Notes: generated from the letters alone by a model not told the origin. Positions 50,669-61,775 are shown, counted from the stretch's first letter. The stretch: DNA of 62,000 nucleotides from Octopus vulgaris (GCA_951406725.2 OX597815.1:35546001-35608000), one strand, 5' to 3'. Translations and numbers: made by a program.

Positions 50669-51207
50669 GCATGCCATCAAAGTGACACTGGGGTAAAATA
50701 TACCAAGCCCAGTATAGCCATCATGACTACCTGTCTGATAAGGGTACACCAGGCACATGCATCATAACCATATGTGCGTGACATGGTGATCTCATATCAA
50801 GATAAACAGCACATGATCTTGCAGGTGAGGCCCAGTTAGAATTTTCTTCTGGTCGAGTAACCCATCCCTCTCAAAAGGTCACTGAATAAGGGTTGTTTAA
50901 GTATGTTGAATGAAACACCCATGCTTCCAGAGGTGAATTATTCAAACCCCAAAGAATCCCTCTCAACACATGGCTATGATGCTCCCCCACTACTTCTGCT
51001 CGTGATCAGAGATGCACATATCGTCAGCTACTAAGGGACATGCTCAACTGGTTACGGTCAAACAACTGACAAGCAAATCTGTGGTATTGAGCAGAACATT
51101 TGCTGTAGCCCATCTTTTATACCAAGACAAAACAATGTACATGATAACACTTCCAATCAGTTAAGATCAGAAGCCACCAGAGACACTGCCTGGTACTGCA
51201 TCAGGGC

Positions 51208-51210
<3 letters not shown>
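50668..51210 (+). repeat. Unclassified interspersed element of about 540 bp embedded in (ATT)n
   Basis: Balanced-composition non-coding block flanked by (ATT)n at 50599-50667 and 51210-51278. Confidence 0.5.
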
Positions 51211-51253
<43 letters not shown>

Positions 51254-51280
51254 GTTATTGTTATTATTATTATTATTATC

Positions 51281-51543
51281 TAAGGCAGCGATCTGGCAGA
51301 AACGTTAGCACGCCGGGCGAAATGCTTCGCGGTATTTCGTCTGCCGCTACGTTCCGAGTTCAAATTCCGCCGAGGTCGACTTTGCCTTTCATCCTTTCGG
51401 GCTCGATAAATTAAGTACCAGTTACGCACCGAGGACGTTGTAATCGACTTAATCCGTTTGTCTGTCCTTGTTTGTCCTCTTTGTGTTTAGCCCCTTGTGG
51501 ATAGTAAAGAAATAGGTATTTCGTCTGTCATCACGTTCTGAGT
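51281..51543 (+). mobile_element. SINE family A: head, one full 184-bp unit and start of a second
   Basis: GGTATTTCGTCTG at 51331 and 51515. Confidence 0.88.
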
Positions 51544-52333
51544 GGCAATGTATAGGTATGAGTAAAAAAAGAAAAAAGAAAGAAAGTATAACTATACACT
51601 TCAGCAGGCAGGACAAGACACGTTTGTACTCGTTTTGTGGATTAGTTTGATATAACAAGAGGATGTGGAGAAATGGAATGATATAATTATCGATATGAAT
51701 CATTGTTGACGTCATTAGGAAAACTTAGCTTACACATATACACTAAAAAATTCAATAAAAATTACAATTCAGGCAATAAACTATAAATATGTACATTGTC
51801 ACAATCAGGTACACATACATATATACATATACATATACATAATTATATGCTGACGTAAACGTAGACATTACACAAATAAAAATGGTAATATAGCATTACA
51901 TCCTCAATATTTATGACCATCACACATATTCTTCTAAATCTCTGACGACCTTTCATGGTGATCATATATTTTTTTACATTCCAAAACTCGTCATCACAAA
52001 TCCGGGTTTTCTTTACAGACAGAAATTTTCACCTTGAACAGATAGACGTAATGTATAAATGGTTGATGTGATCATCACGCATTCACATTCTTGAGAGGCA
52101 GTCACTCACCACCAGCCACTGAAGGAGCCACGAAGTGGTCATTCGATGTGCTAGAGACAGTAGGTAAATCTCTCAGCTACAAACTATCGCCTTAAAAATA
52201 GGAATAACCACATTTCATAATGTAGTCCCCAACCGAAAAAAAAAGTAATAATAATAAACAAGATGTTATTTCATGGTTGGACTGGGCCTTTAAAAGTGGC
52301 GTTCCAGAACCAAGACATCCAAGGAAAGACCCC

Positions 52334-52334
<1 letters not shown>

Positions 52335-52407
<73 letters not shown>
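52335..52407. repeat. (CT)n microsatellite
   Basis: Direct read. Confidence 0.95.
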
Positions 52408-52749
52408 AAAAAAACTCCCGCCCCCTTAAATTTTGAGAGGAGACTCCCTCTCCCTGATCCCAAAAGAAGTTTTATTGCTCCTTATGAAACTTCTGTCGGA
52501 GTTCCTGTAGTTGAAATGCCTAAGTCGACTGAGTTAAACAACAATTGGACTCTCGTTGAGCTGTTTCCACTTATACTCAGTGGTATCTACTAACTTAAAA
52601 AATGCATGCCTCCGAAACGTATTTCCTACACTCATCTCTCTTCGCGCATTCTAACAATGTCATAGCTCCCGGATTCTAAGCGCTTCGAAACTTATAGCAA
52701 TATATTTGGAATGCAGGGGAAAGGGGAAAAGTTAGTTACCCACCCTTTT

Positions 52750-53030
52750 ACTATTATTATCATTGTTACATTTCTCAAATTGATTGTATGTCGATATCTT
52801 TTGATCAGGAGCGAGTCATAACCATTGACCATGGGTCCTGTGAACTTTCTCATTCCAGTTACATTGACACAACTCTTCTCAAAATATTGGCTGTTCCAAG
52901 TAGTGCTGTTTTTCTGAAGTATCGGTGTTGATAGTGAATACAAGTTTGTCGAGCTACTTCTGAAATTAGTTTGTTACGGTTCCAAGTGCCCCTATTACAA
53001 GAGGTATAACCTCCACCTTCTACAGTTCCA
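52750..53030 (-). mobile_element. R4/Dong-like element 3' tip
   Basis: KVEVIPLVIGALGTV..KTALLGTANILRRVVSM*, short 3' UTR and AAT-rich tail. Confidence 0.75.
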
Positions 53031-53034
53031 TAAT

Positions 53035-53953
53035 AATTATTATTCAGTAGTCTTATTTTAATCACGTACTTTCACTGCAATACCGAGCGCAACTCTGTGC
53101 TGTGGTTTGTTGTGATACTCTTATTTTTACAGTATTGAACGTGTTTTACGTAGGATGTGTGCGGTGCCTATTAGTGCTATTTTCTGTATGTTATATATAC
53201 TTGTTAATCCTGATATTTTTATTATGTATTTGTCTGAATATGCTTTTATCAAACCTAATGCACATGGCCTAGTGGTTAGAGCAGCGGTCGAGGGATCGCG
53301 GGTTCGAATCTCAGACCGGGTGATGTGTGTGTTTATGAGCAAAACACCTAAGCTCCACGCGGCTCCGGCAGAAGGTAATGGCGAACTTCTGCTGACTCTT
53401 TCGCCACAACTTTCTCTCACTCTTTCCTCCTGCATCTTGCAGCTGATCTACGACAGACCGGCGTCCCGTCCAGGTGGCGAACCTATTCGCTAAGGAAACC
53501 GGGAAACTGGCCCTTATGAGCCAGGCATGGCTTGAGAAGGAACAAACAATGCCTCGATTATGTGAGGAATTATTTCTGTTTTTAAACTCCACATTCGAGT
53601 TAGCTTTATTTCCAGAGTTTTGTATTTTGAAGAGAAACATTATCATCTGTTGGTATTGATCCATTGATTAGAAAGCACTTGTTTTCTTGTTGATCTCTGA
53701 CAACTATATCCGGCCTATTGGTCTTAATTTCTGGCATATCCCAGAGTATGGTTGCTTTCTCATTTTCTGTGACCTTTTCTTGTGTGTGCCTATAACATCT
53801 TTTTTCTGTTATTACTCCATAGAGTTGGCATAGCTTCCAGTGTATATAGATTATAACTCTGTTGTGTCTGAATATATTCCTTTTTAGTCAGACTGGGCAG
53901 CCAGAGACAATATGATTTATTGTTTCTTGTCCATCTCCACATATTCTACAGTT
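53035..53953 (-). mobile_element. R4/Dong-like element 3' part (CCHC plus RLE), interrupted by a SINE
   Basis: CRICGDGQETINHIVSGC, HWKLCQLYG, ILWDMP..NRPDIVVRD, TRMWSLKTEIIP | ALGLIK..IQKIALIGTAHILRKT*, then an (AAT) tail. Confidence 0.85.
53262..53547 (+). mobile_element. SINE family B-related variant inserted in the R4-like element
   Basis: ACATGGCCTAGTGGTTAGAGCAGCGG head, GTTCGAATC B-box, AATGC repeated on both sides. Confidence 0.8.
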
Positions 53954-53964
53954 ACTTGTATTTC

Positions 53965-54210
53965 GGATCTTTTCCTTTTGATGGACGGAATTCAACACAA
54001 TTTCTAGTTAACTAAACAATTTGAAACTTCGTATACTGGTAGAATGTGTCAAAAGAAAACATTATTTTCACTTGGCTTTTTTGAGAAAATTGTAATTTGT
54101 AAGTTTAACGTAGTTTAATTCTTCGAATTTTAACCAATGAATTGCCAGTATTGAACTCCTAATGAATATATAACAAATGCTGTATATTTGTTTAAATAAT
54201 CAAAAATGAA
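53965..54210 (+). mobile_element. Left part of a GGATCTTT-family MITE
   Basis: Shares AATTTCTAG.TAACTAAA..AAACTTCGTATACTGGTAGAATGTGT with 786-900. Confidence 0.7.
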
Positions 54211-54217
54211 ATACGTA

Positions 54218-55696
54218 GTAGGCGGCCTGGTGTGTGTTCGCTTTCGGGTTACGGTCTGTTATAATTTTTTTATCTGAAGTTTATAGTTGGATTGCCATTG
54301 ATTTTGTTGCAGGTTTTCCCTTTTGGGATCACTTTTTAAAAAAAATTATTTAAAACTGTTAGTGTCTTGCGACACATTGTTAGCTTTCACAGGCTTGTTT
54401 CCTGTTGGCTTCCCCCTTTGGTGGGTGAAGCGTTTACATTTTGTGTAGGATGTCCAACACAAAATGGATGACAACACATTTTACGAGCCCTGGGAGAGGA
54501 CTACACAAGTGATTCCGGTGACAGTACGGACGCGGCACGAAGAAGGATGAAACGTTACAACATCAAGCCTGAGGCAGACAAGAAGTTCCAGACATTTCTT
54601 CAGGGGAAGAGAGACAACGTGAGGCTAAATCCCACCAAGAAGGTGATGGAAGGAATTAAGAGAACAACAATTGTTTAAAGGACGCTATGTTTGAAGACCA
54701 GAAAAATAGAGATAGCGTCAATAGAGGACATTGAAAAGCATTAAAGCCTATTATGTATAAATTGGTGTACGTTAAGCGCGGAAGAAAGTTTGGAACGGTG
54801 GAGGCGCAGTTTGTGACTGAGAGCGATGCCATCATGCAAACAAGCAGATTAGCTCTTTTACCGTTATGTCTCAGCAAAAGAAAGACGAAAATAATGATAA
54901 ACGGGTTCGATCCGGAAATCAAACCAATGTGGCACCTGGCGGCGGCCTTCGCCAACATAAAAGAAGTGACTCTATTGGAGTTGGAAGAAAAAGGTACCCA
55001 GAACTGATGTGGAAGGGGCGTAAGAACAACAATCCAGGCCACACCAACAGATATTGATAGCATACCGGAGTTTGTTATCCTTCCCTATGATACAAGAGTG
55101 AAGGTCGCTGCTCAGGGCAGAGTACCAAAGTGCTTCGGATGTGGGCAGAAAGCCAGATGGAAGCAAGTATGAAGCAGGAGGAGGTGATGGTGGAGACAGA
55201 GAAAGACACACCGTCTACTTCAAGGGTTAAGGTTTTAGGGTTAAGGTTGTCATAAATAACAGTGACAAACAAAATATACACCGCCGGAAGTTCTTGTTGA
55301 CAAACAACAGCAGTAATTTTATTCAGCTGAATACACGTCATTGATTGGTTGAAATTACCGAAATACAAGAACTTTGACGTGAAATAACATCGTAAATATA
55401 AGTTTTTCTTAAAAATGCGAAGAGTAAAAGATATTTTATATGACACACATTCTACCAGTGTCCGAAGTTTGAAAGTGTTTAGTTACAAAAATTATTTTTT
55501 AACTCAGTAGGTCAAAAGATAAAGATCCAAAAAATGTTCAATGATGTTGCTTGGATGGTGGGGCACGGGTGACTATCATTTCACCTTTTCATTTATTAAT
55601 CATACATCTGCTCATTCGATTTTTTTTCGGCCCCATATGTAATGTCCTGTATTGTCCCCTCTTTGTTGGTTCCTTGTGGACAATAGAAAGAATGAG
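54218..55696 (+). mobile_element. Decayed ORF1-only L1/Tx1-like element, copy 1 (interrupted by a MITE)
   Basis: Leader, broken ORF (RLNPTKK..RKIEIASIEDIE..KRGRKFGTVEAQFVTESDAI..INGFDPEIK..VILPYDTRVKVAAQGRVPKCFGCGQK), and 3' end GTCCCCTC..GGACAATAGAAAGAA. Confidence 0.6.
55224..55528 (-). mobile_element. GGATCTTT-family MITE, truncated, reverse orientation
   Basis: The reverse complement starts GGATCTTTATCTTTTGAC..AAACTTCGGACACTGGTAGAATGTGT..AACCAATCAATGACGT..CCTTAACCCTAAAAC, colinear with 786-1100. Confidence 0.75.
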
Positions 55697-55702
55697 TACG
55701 TA

Positions 55703-57955
55703 GCTGGTGGTTTGAGATATTCGTATCGGAGTTAATTTTGTCGTGTTATTTGTTAGACGTAAGTCACTTTGTTGAATATTTGTTGAAGGTCTCCCTTCGG
55801 CGGTGTACCCAAGATTATTGATTGTTACTATTGAAATTGTTGATTATTGTTATTTTTGAATTGTTATTTTTTTCCCCATTGTGGGAAAAATGGAGAAGGT
55901 GCCAACAGGAGGCCACAGCTATGCGGCTTCAACCGGTAGAGGAACAGAGGTTGATGCGCTGGAGTTGCAATAAGTAAAAGTCGAGCCAAAGAAAATGAAA
56001 GAATGTGAGAAATTGCTGGAAAAGGAAGGAAATACACTGAGACTAACGCCGCCTGCAGAACTTACAAGTAATGTAACCAAAAGGATAGTGAATTTATAAA
56101 ACACTGAAGGTAGCAAGCAGAAAGATCGAATTTGTAACAATCGAGGCTATTGAGGAATGGTTGAAGGAAATAAAGAGGCTGACCACGTTCATTAGCAAAG
56201 GAAGAAAGTACGGCACTGCGGAGGTGCGTTTCGCGACGGAGGATGAAGCGATTAAGCACTCCACAGTAGCCATAAGAACAGAGGAATGGGTACTTTTGCT
56301 GTCCTATTGTGGCAAGCGTGTTGCCAGAGTAAGAGTTAGCAAAGTGCCACCAGAGATAAAAGAAACATGGCTTATGGCAGCCATTATGTTTAATATGGAG
56401 GAGGAGGCCAAGATTCTCAAGGCCACAAGAACCAAAAGGGTGAACTATTGGGGATATGGCATAGAAATGGCCATTCAAGCGAATATAGAAGACCTCAATA
56501 GAATTGCGGAAGAAATAGTTCTGCCTGAGGACGTAAGGCTGCGAGTGGTGGTGAAAAAGGTCACATTACGGCGAGGTGCCCCCAGAGAGAACAACAGATG
56601 AAACAGACTGAGAAGCAACAAAGTGCAGACCAAGTGGTACAAGTCGAGGTAAAGGAGACAAGAACGGATGAAGAATTTACGGTAGTAAAAAAAAAAACGA
56701 AAGAGAAGTGATAGAGTAAGCTCTCCGTCAGCGAGGCAGAAAAAGAAGAAAGAAACGGTAGAGAAAGAAGTTATGAAGGAAGTCAGAAGGAAGGAAAATA
56801 AAATGGTGATTGACAAGGAGATCGAAAAGGAACTTGAAAAGGAGATCGAAGAGGAGTTTCAGAAGGAGGAGGATTCAGGAGAACAATTAAAAGGAAGGAA
56901 GGAAGCACTCCGTCGGTTACGACGATGAGGGTTCCGGTTGATCCGAATCAACGGAACAGCCTGCTCGTGAAATTAAAGTGTAAGTGGCTGAAAACTTCAC
57001 AGACACGTGTACCCTTAACGTAGTTCTCGGGGATATACAGCGTGTCACAGAGAGTGACAAGGCCGGCCCTTTGAAATACAGGTACAACAGAAACAGGAAG
57101 TAAGAGAAAGTTGTGGTGAAAGAGTACAGCAGGGATCACCACCATCCCTGCCTGAGCCTCGTGGAGCTTTAGGTGTTTTCGCTCAATAAACACTCACAAC
57201 GCCCGGTCTGGGAATCGAAACCGCGATCCTATGACCGCGAGTCCGCTGCCCTAACCACTGGGCCATTGCGCCTCCACGGAGAACAATTAAACGAGGGTGA
57301 AATGGAGAGATTATTCAGAATGGAAAGAGAAAAGGTACCAGCAGTGGAGCAGGAAAAGGGAAAGCAAGTAAGAAAGCCCCCAAAATATCGATGGAATTTT
57401 GTGACATAGGCGAAAAACAAGGAAACAGAACAGAAAATAATGAAATTTAAGTCTATCATAAGGGTGAAGCTGCCCATTGTTGTGTATTCGGAGAATGTGA
57501 AGGCCATTGTGGTCGACAGGGAGAAATACAACAGGCTAAGAGATGTGTGTGGAGAGGGAATTGATCCGCCAGGAGTAGCGGTGCAGTTCGATGGATTACC
57601 ACCAGTAGTGGAACTGAAAGATCTCGAACCTTTTATGAAATATTAAAAAAGGAAAAAAGTAAGTGAAATTGTTTATTTGAAAAAAAGAAAAGAAGTAAAA
57701 TTGTTTTATTTAAAAAAAAAAAAGAGAGAGAGAGAAACGATGATAATGGGAAAAAATAAAGGAAATTGAACGATTGTAAACAGTGTATTAAACGTTCAAA
57801 TGGTACTGCATGAGGAGTGGGGCCCATGCAGCCATTTCATTTTCATTATATATCTTCATTTTCATTCGCTTTGTTTTTGTCCCCACTGTGATGTTCTGTC
57901 TGTGACCTTGTAGTGCCCCCTCTGTGTTATGGCCGTAGAGTCAAATAAAGAACAG
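55703..57955 (+). mobile_element. Decayed ORF1-only L1/Tx1-like element, copy 2 (interrupted by a SINE)
   Basis: Leader, ATG at 55890 (MEKVPTGGHSYAAS..), RRM-like block (ISKGRKYGTAEVRFATEDEAI..VRVSKVPPEIK..IVLPEDVRLRVVV), K/E-rich tail to 57646, and 3' UTR ending AATAAAGAA. No endonuclease or RT sequence seen. Confidence 0.65.
56892..57277 (-). mobile_element. Full-length SINE family B with perfect 14-bp TSD
   Basis: GGAGAACAATTAAA at 56878-56891 and 57278-57291, (CTTC)n tail, near-identical to 34201-34584. Confidence 0.95.
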
Positions 57956-58514
57956 TACGTATAAGCGGTCAAGAAAATAAATACATAATTAAAAACCGCC
58001 AGTCACATGGCATGTGTGAATTTCAGGTGTACTCGTCTGCTTTTTTTTTTTATATATATATTGTTGATTACCCCTTCTCCTTTCTGCTGTTGGTTGTGCC
58101 TCCTTCGCAGTTTACAGCTATTTGATCTTTGTTCCTATACCGGTGCTTGCGAAATAAGCAAACTACAAAACTTAATACACACCCACATCATACACAGAGG
58201 ACGAACTGACACATTACAAAGCCGATATGTTTTCCACTCCAACAATGTATCTACTCAACATTCGTCGAAAAAACAAACTACAAGATAAGACTATCTTATT
58301 TACATAGTTGCTTGATTACAGATACTAGGTTTGAGCTATGTTCTCTACAACCCACTCATGCACTGAATTTCCTCAATCTGGTTACAAATGATTTCCGCCA
58401 GAACAGACATTTTATCTATCAATCTTATCGCACCCGTTTCCTGATTATACCGATTGTTAAAGGATGTAAAATGTATTTTAATATACTGTCCAGGTAAAAA
58501 GTGGTGAACTGGCA

Positions 58515-59030
58515 GAATCTTTTCTACTCTAAGCACAAGACCCGGAATTTTGGGGAAGGGGGGCAGTCGATTAGATCGACCCCAGTACGCAACTGGTACT
58601 TAATTTATCGACTCCGAAAGGATGAAAGGCAAAGTCGACCTCCGCGGAATTTGAACTCAGGACATAAAGACAGACGAAATACCTATACAGAGGGGACAAA
58701 CAAGGACAGACAAACGGATTAAGTCGATTATATCGACCCCAGTGCGTAACTGGTACTTATATAATCGACCCCGAAAGGACGAAAGGCAAAGTCGACCTCG
58801 GCGGAATTTGAACTCAGAACGTAGCGGCAGACGAAATACCTATTTCTTTACTACACACAAGGGGCTAAACACAGAGAGGACAAACAAGGACAGACAAACA
58901 GATTAAGACGATTATATCGATCTCAGTGCGTAACTGGTACTTATTTAATCGACCCCGAAAGGATGAAAGGTAAAGTCGACCTCGGCAGAATTTGAACTCA
59001 GAACGTAGCGGCAGACGAAATACCGCTAAG
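58515..59030 (-). mobile_element. SINE family A trimeric concatemer
   Basis: CAGACGAAATACC at 58671, 58828 and 59012 (spacings 157, with a 27-bp internal deletion, and 184). Confidence 0.88.
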
Positions 59031-61350
59031 CATTTCGTCTGTGTCTACGTGGAGTTCAAATTCCGTCGAATTCCATCCTTTTGGGATCGATGAAATAAGT
59101 ACCAGTTGAGTACTGGGGTCGAGTCAATCGAATTGCTCCCACCCACCCAAACTGCTGGCCTTGTGCCAAAATTTGAAACAAATATACTACCCAGGTAACG
59201 CGGCGAGCTGGCAGAACCGTTACGGCGCTGAGTAGAATGCTTAGCGGCATTTCGTCCGTCTTTATGTTCTGAGTTTAACTGCTGCCGGTGTCGACTTTGC
59301 CTTTCATCCTTTCGGAGTCGATAAAATAAGTACCAATTGAGTACTGGGGTCGATGTAATTGACTTATCCCTGAAATTGACAGCCTCGTGCCAAAATATGA
59401 AATCAATGCACTACCCAGGTGAAGCAGTGCCGGGTTGGCAGAATTAGTAGAGCATGGAAACAAAATGCTTTGTGGCATCTAATTGTGATTCTTTATGCTC
59501 TGAGTTCAAATTACACCGAAGTCAATTTTGATTTCTGTTCCTCCCGATCGATAAAATAAGGGCCAATAAAGTACAAAGATCAAAATACTCAATTATACCC
59601 AGCTCAACGCACTCAAAAAGTTTCTGACCTGGTGACAGCAATGCTAGAAATCAACAATAATTTGGAAAGAGTATGGTCAATGGAATCTGCGATTTGGCTT
59701 CAATTCTCAACCTACGCAGTCAATAAAGTCGAGAAAGAAAAGGCTTCAGGTAACTGACATGGACAGATCTCCATAGAAACCACATGTAGTTGATTACGAA
59801 TAAACAGCTCAAGCAGAAGCCAACTAATGCCTGTTGTCGATATGGCTTTTGAAACCGGAAACTAACTGGCAGATCCTTCAATTATTATATCAAACTAACT
59901 CTTTCTGAAAATGGTTACTCAGAGGAGGTCGTTTTAAGAATTTTCTGTATGTTAATCAATTTTGCTCCACTTGTTTTCAGTTGGGGTATGTTAGTCGCAA
60001 AAAGTGCTCTCATTACATCTGATTAGGTTACGTTTTCCATAATATAGGTTGTAGATGTTCCCAGATTAAGTTGGACATATGGAGTTCACTATCAGGTACT
60101 CACTGAAAGAGACTTAGAACATTGTAAATGGTTTATGACAACCCGTTGTCAAAGTGGGACGACTGGATGCAGCTGTTTTGGCGCTGGCCGTCTGGCACAG
60201 GAGTTTTAGCTCCAAATCCATTTTGTACCTGACTAGAGCTTCTCTCCGAACTCCAGGGAAATTTTGCTAAAAATGTAATTGGCTATTCCCAAACGTGTTA
60301 TAAATTGCAAGAATTTCATGTAAACTCTTCTAAATTGTTAATGTATACCTGACTTTATTTTCACAAATACAAAGTTTTTACATTATTTATCAAATGCATT
60401 AGAGATTACTACTGTATTTGATGGCAAATAAGACGCATTTTTTATTTCAAAAAATGTCTTAAAAAATTGCCTGTATATGGAGTTGGGCCCATAATACATG
60501 CTTAAATGCACTAAATTCTTTCTTTTTAAGACGCGCTACCGAAATTGAGATGCGTTTATGACCGTGCATCATCTATGCCATCAAATATGGTAAATTTTAT
60601 CTAATGCCAATTATGGTTTTCTCTCGCTTTCATTCGCATCACACCCTTTCACTTCGTCACAGGCCATTTTATGTACATAATACGAAAGATCACCGAAACT
60701 TGTATCAAATTACCCTTTTGGATTTAAAACTTTAATCCGCTTGACATTCTTTCGTTAAGAGTATATAAATTAGCCGACGACTTGTTCTCTACTTATATCT
60801 ATGAGAGTTCAAATGGTGTATGTACACAATGTGTCATTCATCTACTGTACTAGATATTATCATTTTATTTCATTTTCTGGTTTTTGAGGCGCAGGCCACT
60901 GCACGGGGTCTTGATTAAGTGTCTTCTGCTATAATCTCGGACCGACCAATGTTTTAAGAGTGAATTTGGTAAACGGAAACTGTGGAATCCCGTCGCAAAT
61001 ATATAGACATATGTATGTATAAGTATGTCTTTGTGATATATTCCAGTGATTGTCCCCACCACCATTGGTTGACAACTGGTGTTGGTGTGTTTGTCCTCGT
61101 AACTTAGTGGTTCGGCAAAAGAAATCGATATAAGTACCAGACTTTGAAAAATATGGTACCGGGGTCAGAGCGGCATCCCCACTGTAGTCCAGTGACGAAA
61201 ACAAGCCAAAAGATTTACAAGGCACAGACAGACGGACATTTCATGCTATATAATCCGTTCATTTTAATTTTGGGATTTTAATAAGAACTAATAGACATGC
61301 ATACATACATGCAGACATATATACATGCATACATACATATTCATACCAAC

Positions 61351-61640
61351 AATAATTGGATCACTAGGTTTTGTTAGTAAATGCTTAAATGAGAATCTGG
61401 ATACACTGGGATTTTCAGAAAGAGAAATCGACCGGCTAATTCGTAGTGCAATCTGTGAGTGGAACAGTAAAAATATGTAAGACTTTTCTCAAGTTCCAAG
61501 GGTGAATTTGTGTTAACTACATCCCAAAGATGCAACCTCGTATCCTTCTTGGAAACCGGCTCCCTCTTCAGTGGAAGATTTATAATACTTAAAAAATAGA
61601 AGAAACACATACAGATATACATAACAAATAATAGAAACGG
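61351..61640 (+). mobile_element. RLE-type non-LTR retrotransposon C-terminal tip and 3' UTR
   Basis: IIGSLGFVSKCLNENLDTLGFSEREIDRLIR / SGTVKICKTFLKFQG* in two offset frames. Confidence 0.6.
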
Positions 61641-61668
61641 AAAATGGAGTATACAAGAAACTTTATTG

Positions 61669-61775
61669 CTCTCGATGATCGTTTCGACCCATTCTGCATC
61701 GATCTCTTGCGGGTGGGATACTGTACAACTTGTCGTGATGCATCCTTCGATGCAGAAGTGCCTCGTCAGGTGAGG
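61669..61775 (-). ncRNA. Decayed type I hammerhead-like motif (second family)
   Basis: CCUCAC-CUGACGA-GGCAC-UUCUGCAUCGA...UCGAUGCAGAA-UGGGUC-GAAAC-GAUC-AUC-GAGAG followed by AAUAAA. Confidence 0.5.

Noticed and set aside
58515-59030. Regular repeats as a CRISPR array (also 28343-28450)
   Set aside because: No unique spacers and no cas genes in a eukaryotic intron-rich context; the units are SINE bodies or a minisatellite.
59900-60240. Protein-like minus-strand frames
   Set aside because: Short frames broken by stops and shifts, with no identifiable motif.
9448-61225. Most 60-130 aa ORFs in the ORF track as genes
   Set aside because: They lie within SINEs, RTE 3' UTRs or microsatellites (HTHT, YIYI, poly-I/L/D translations) and recur wherever the repeat recurs.
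61540-61575. Third hammerhead (CUGAAGA on minus strand)
   Set aside because: No GAAA after the putative stem II and no stem I or III.
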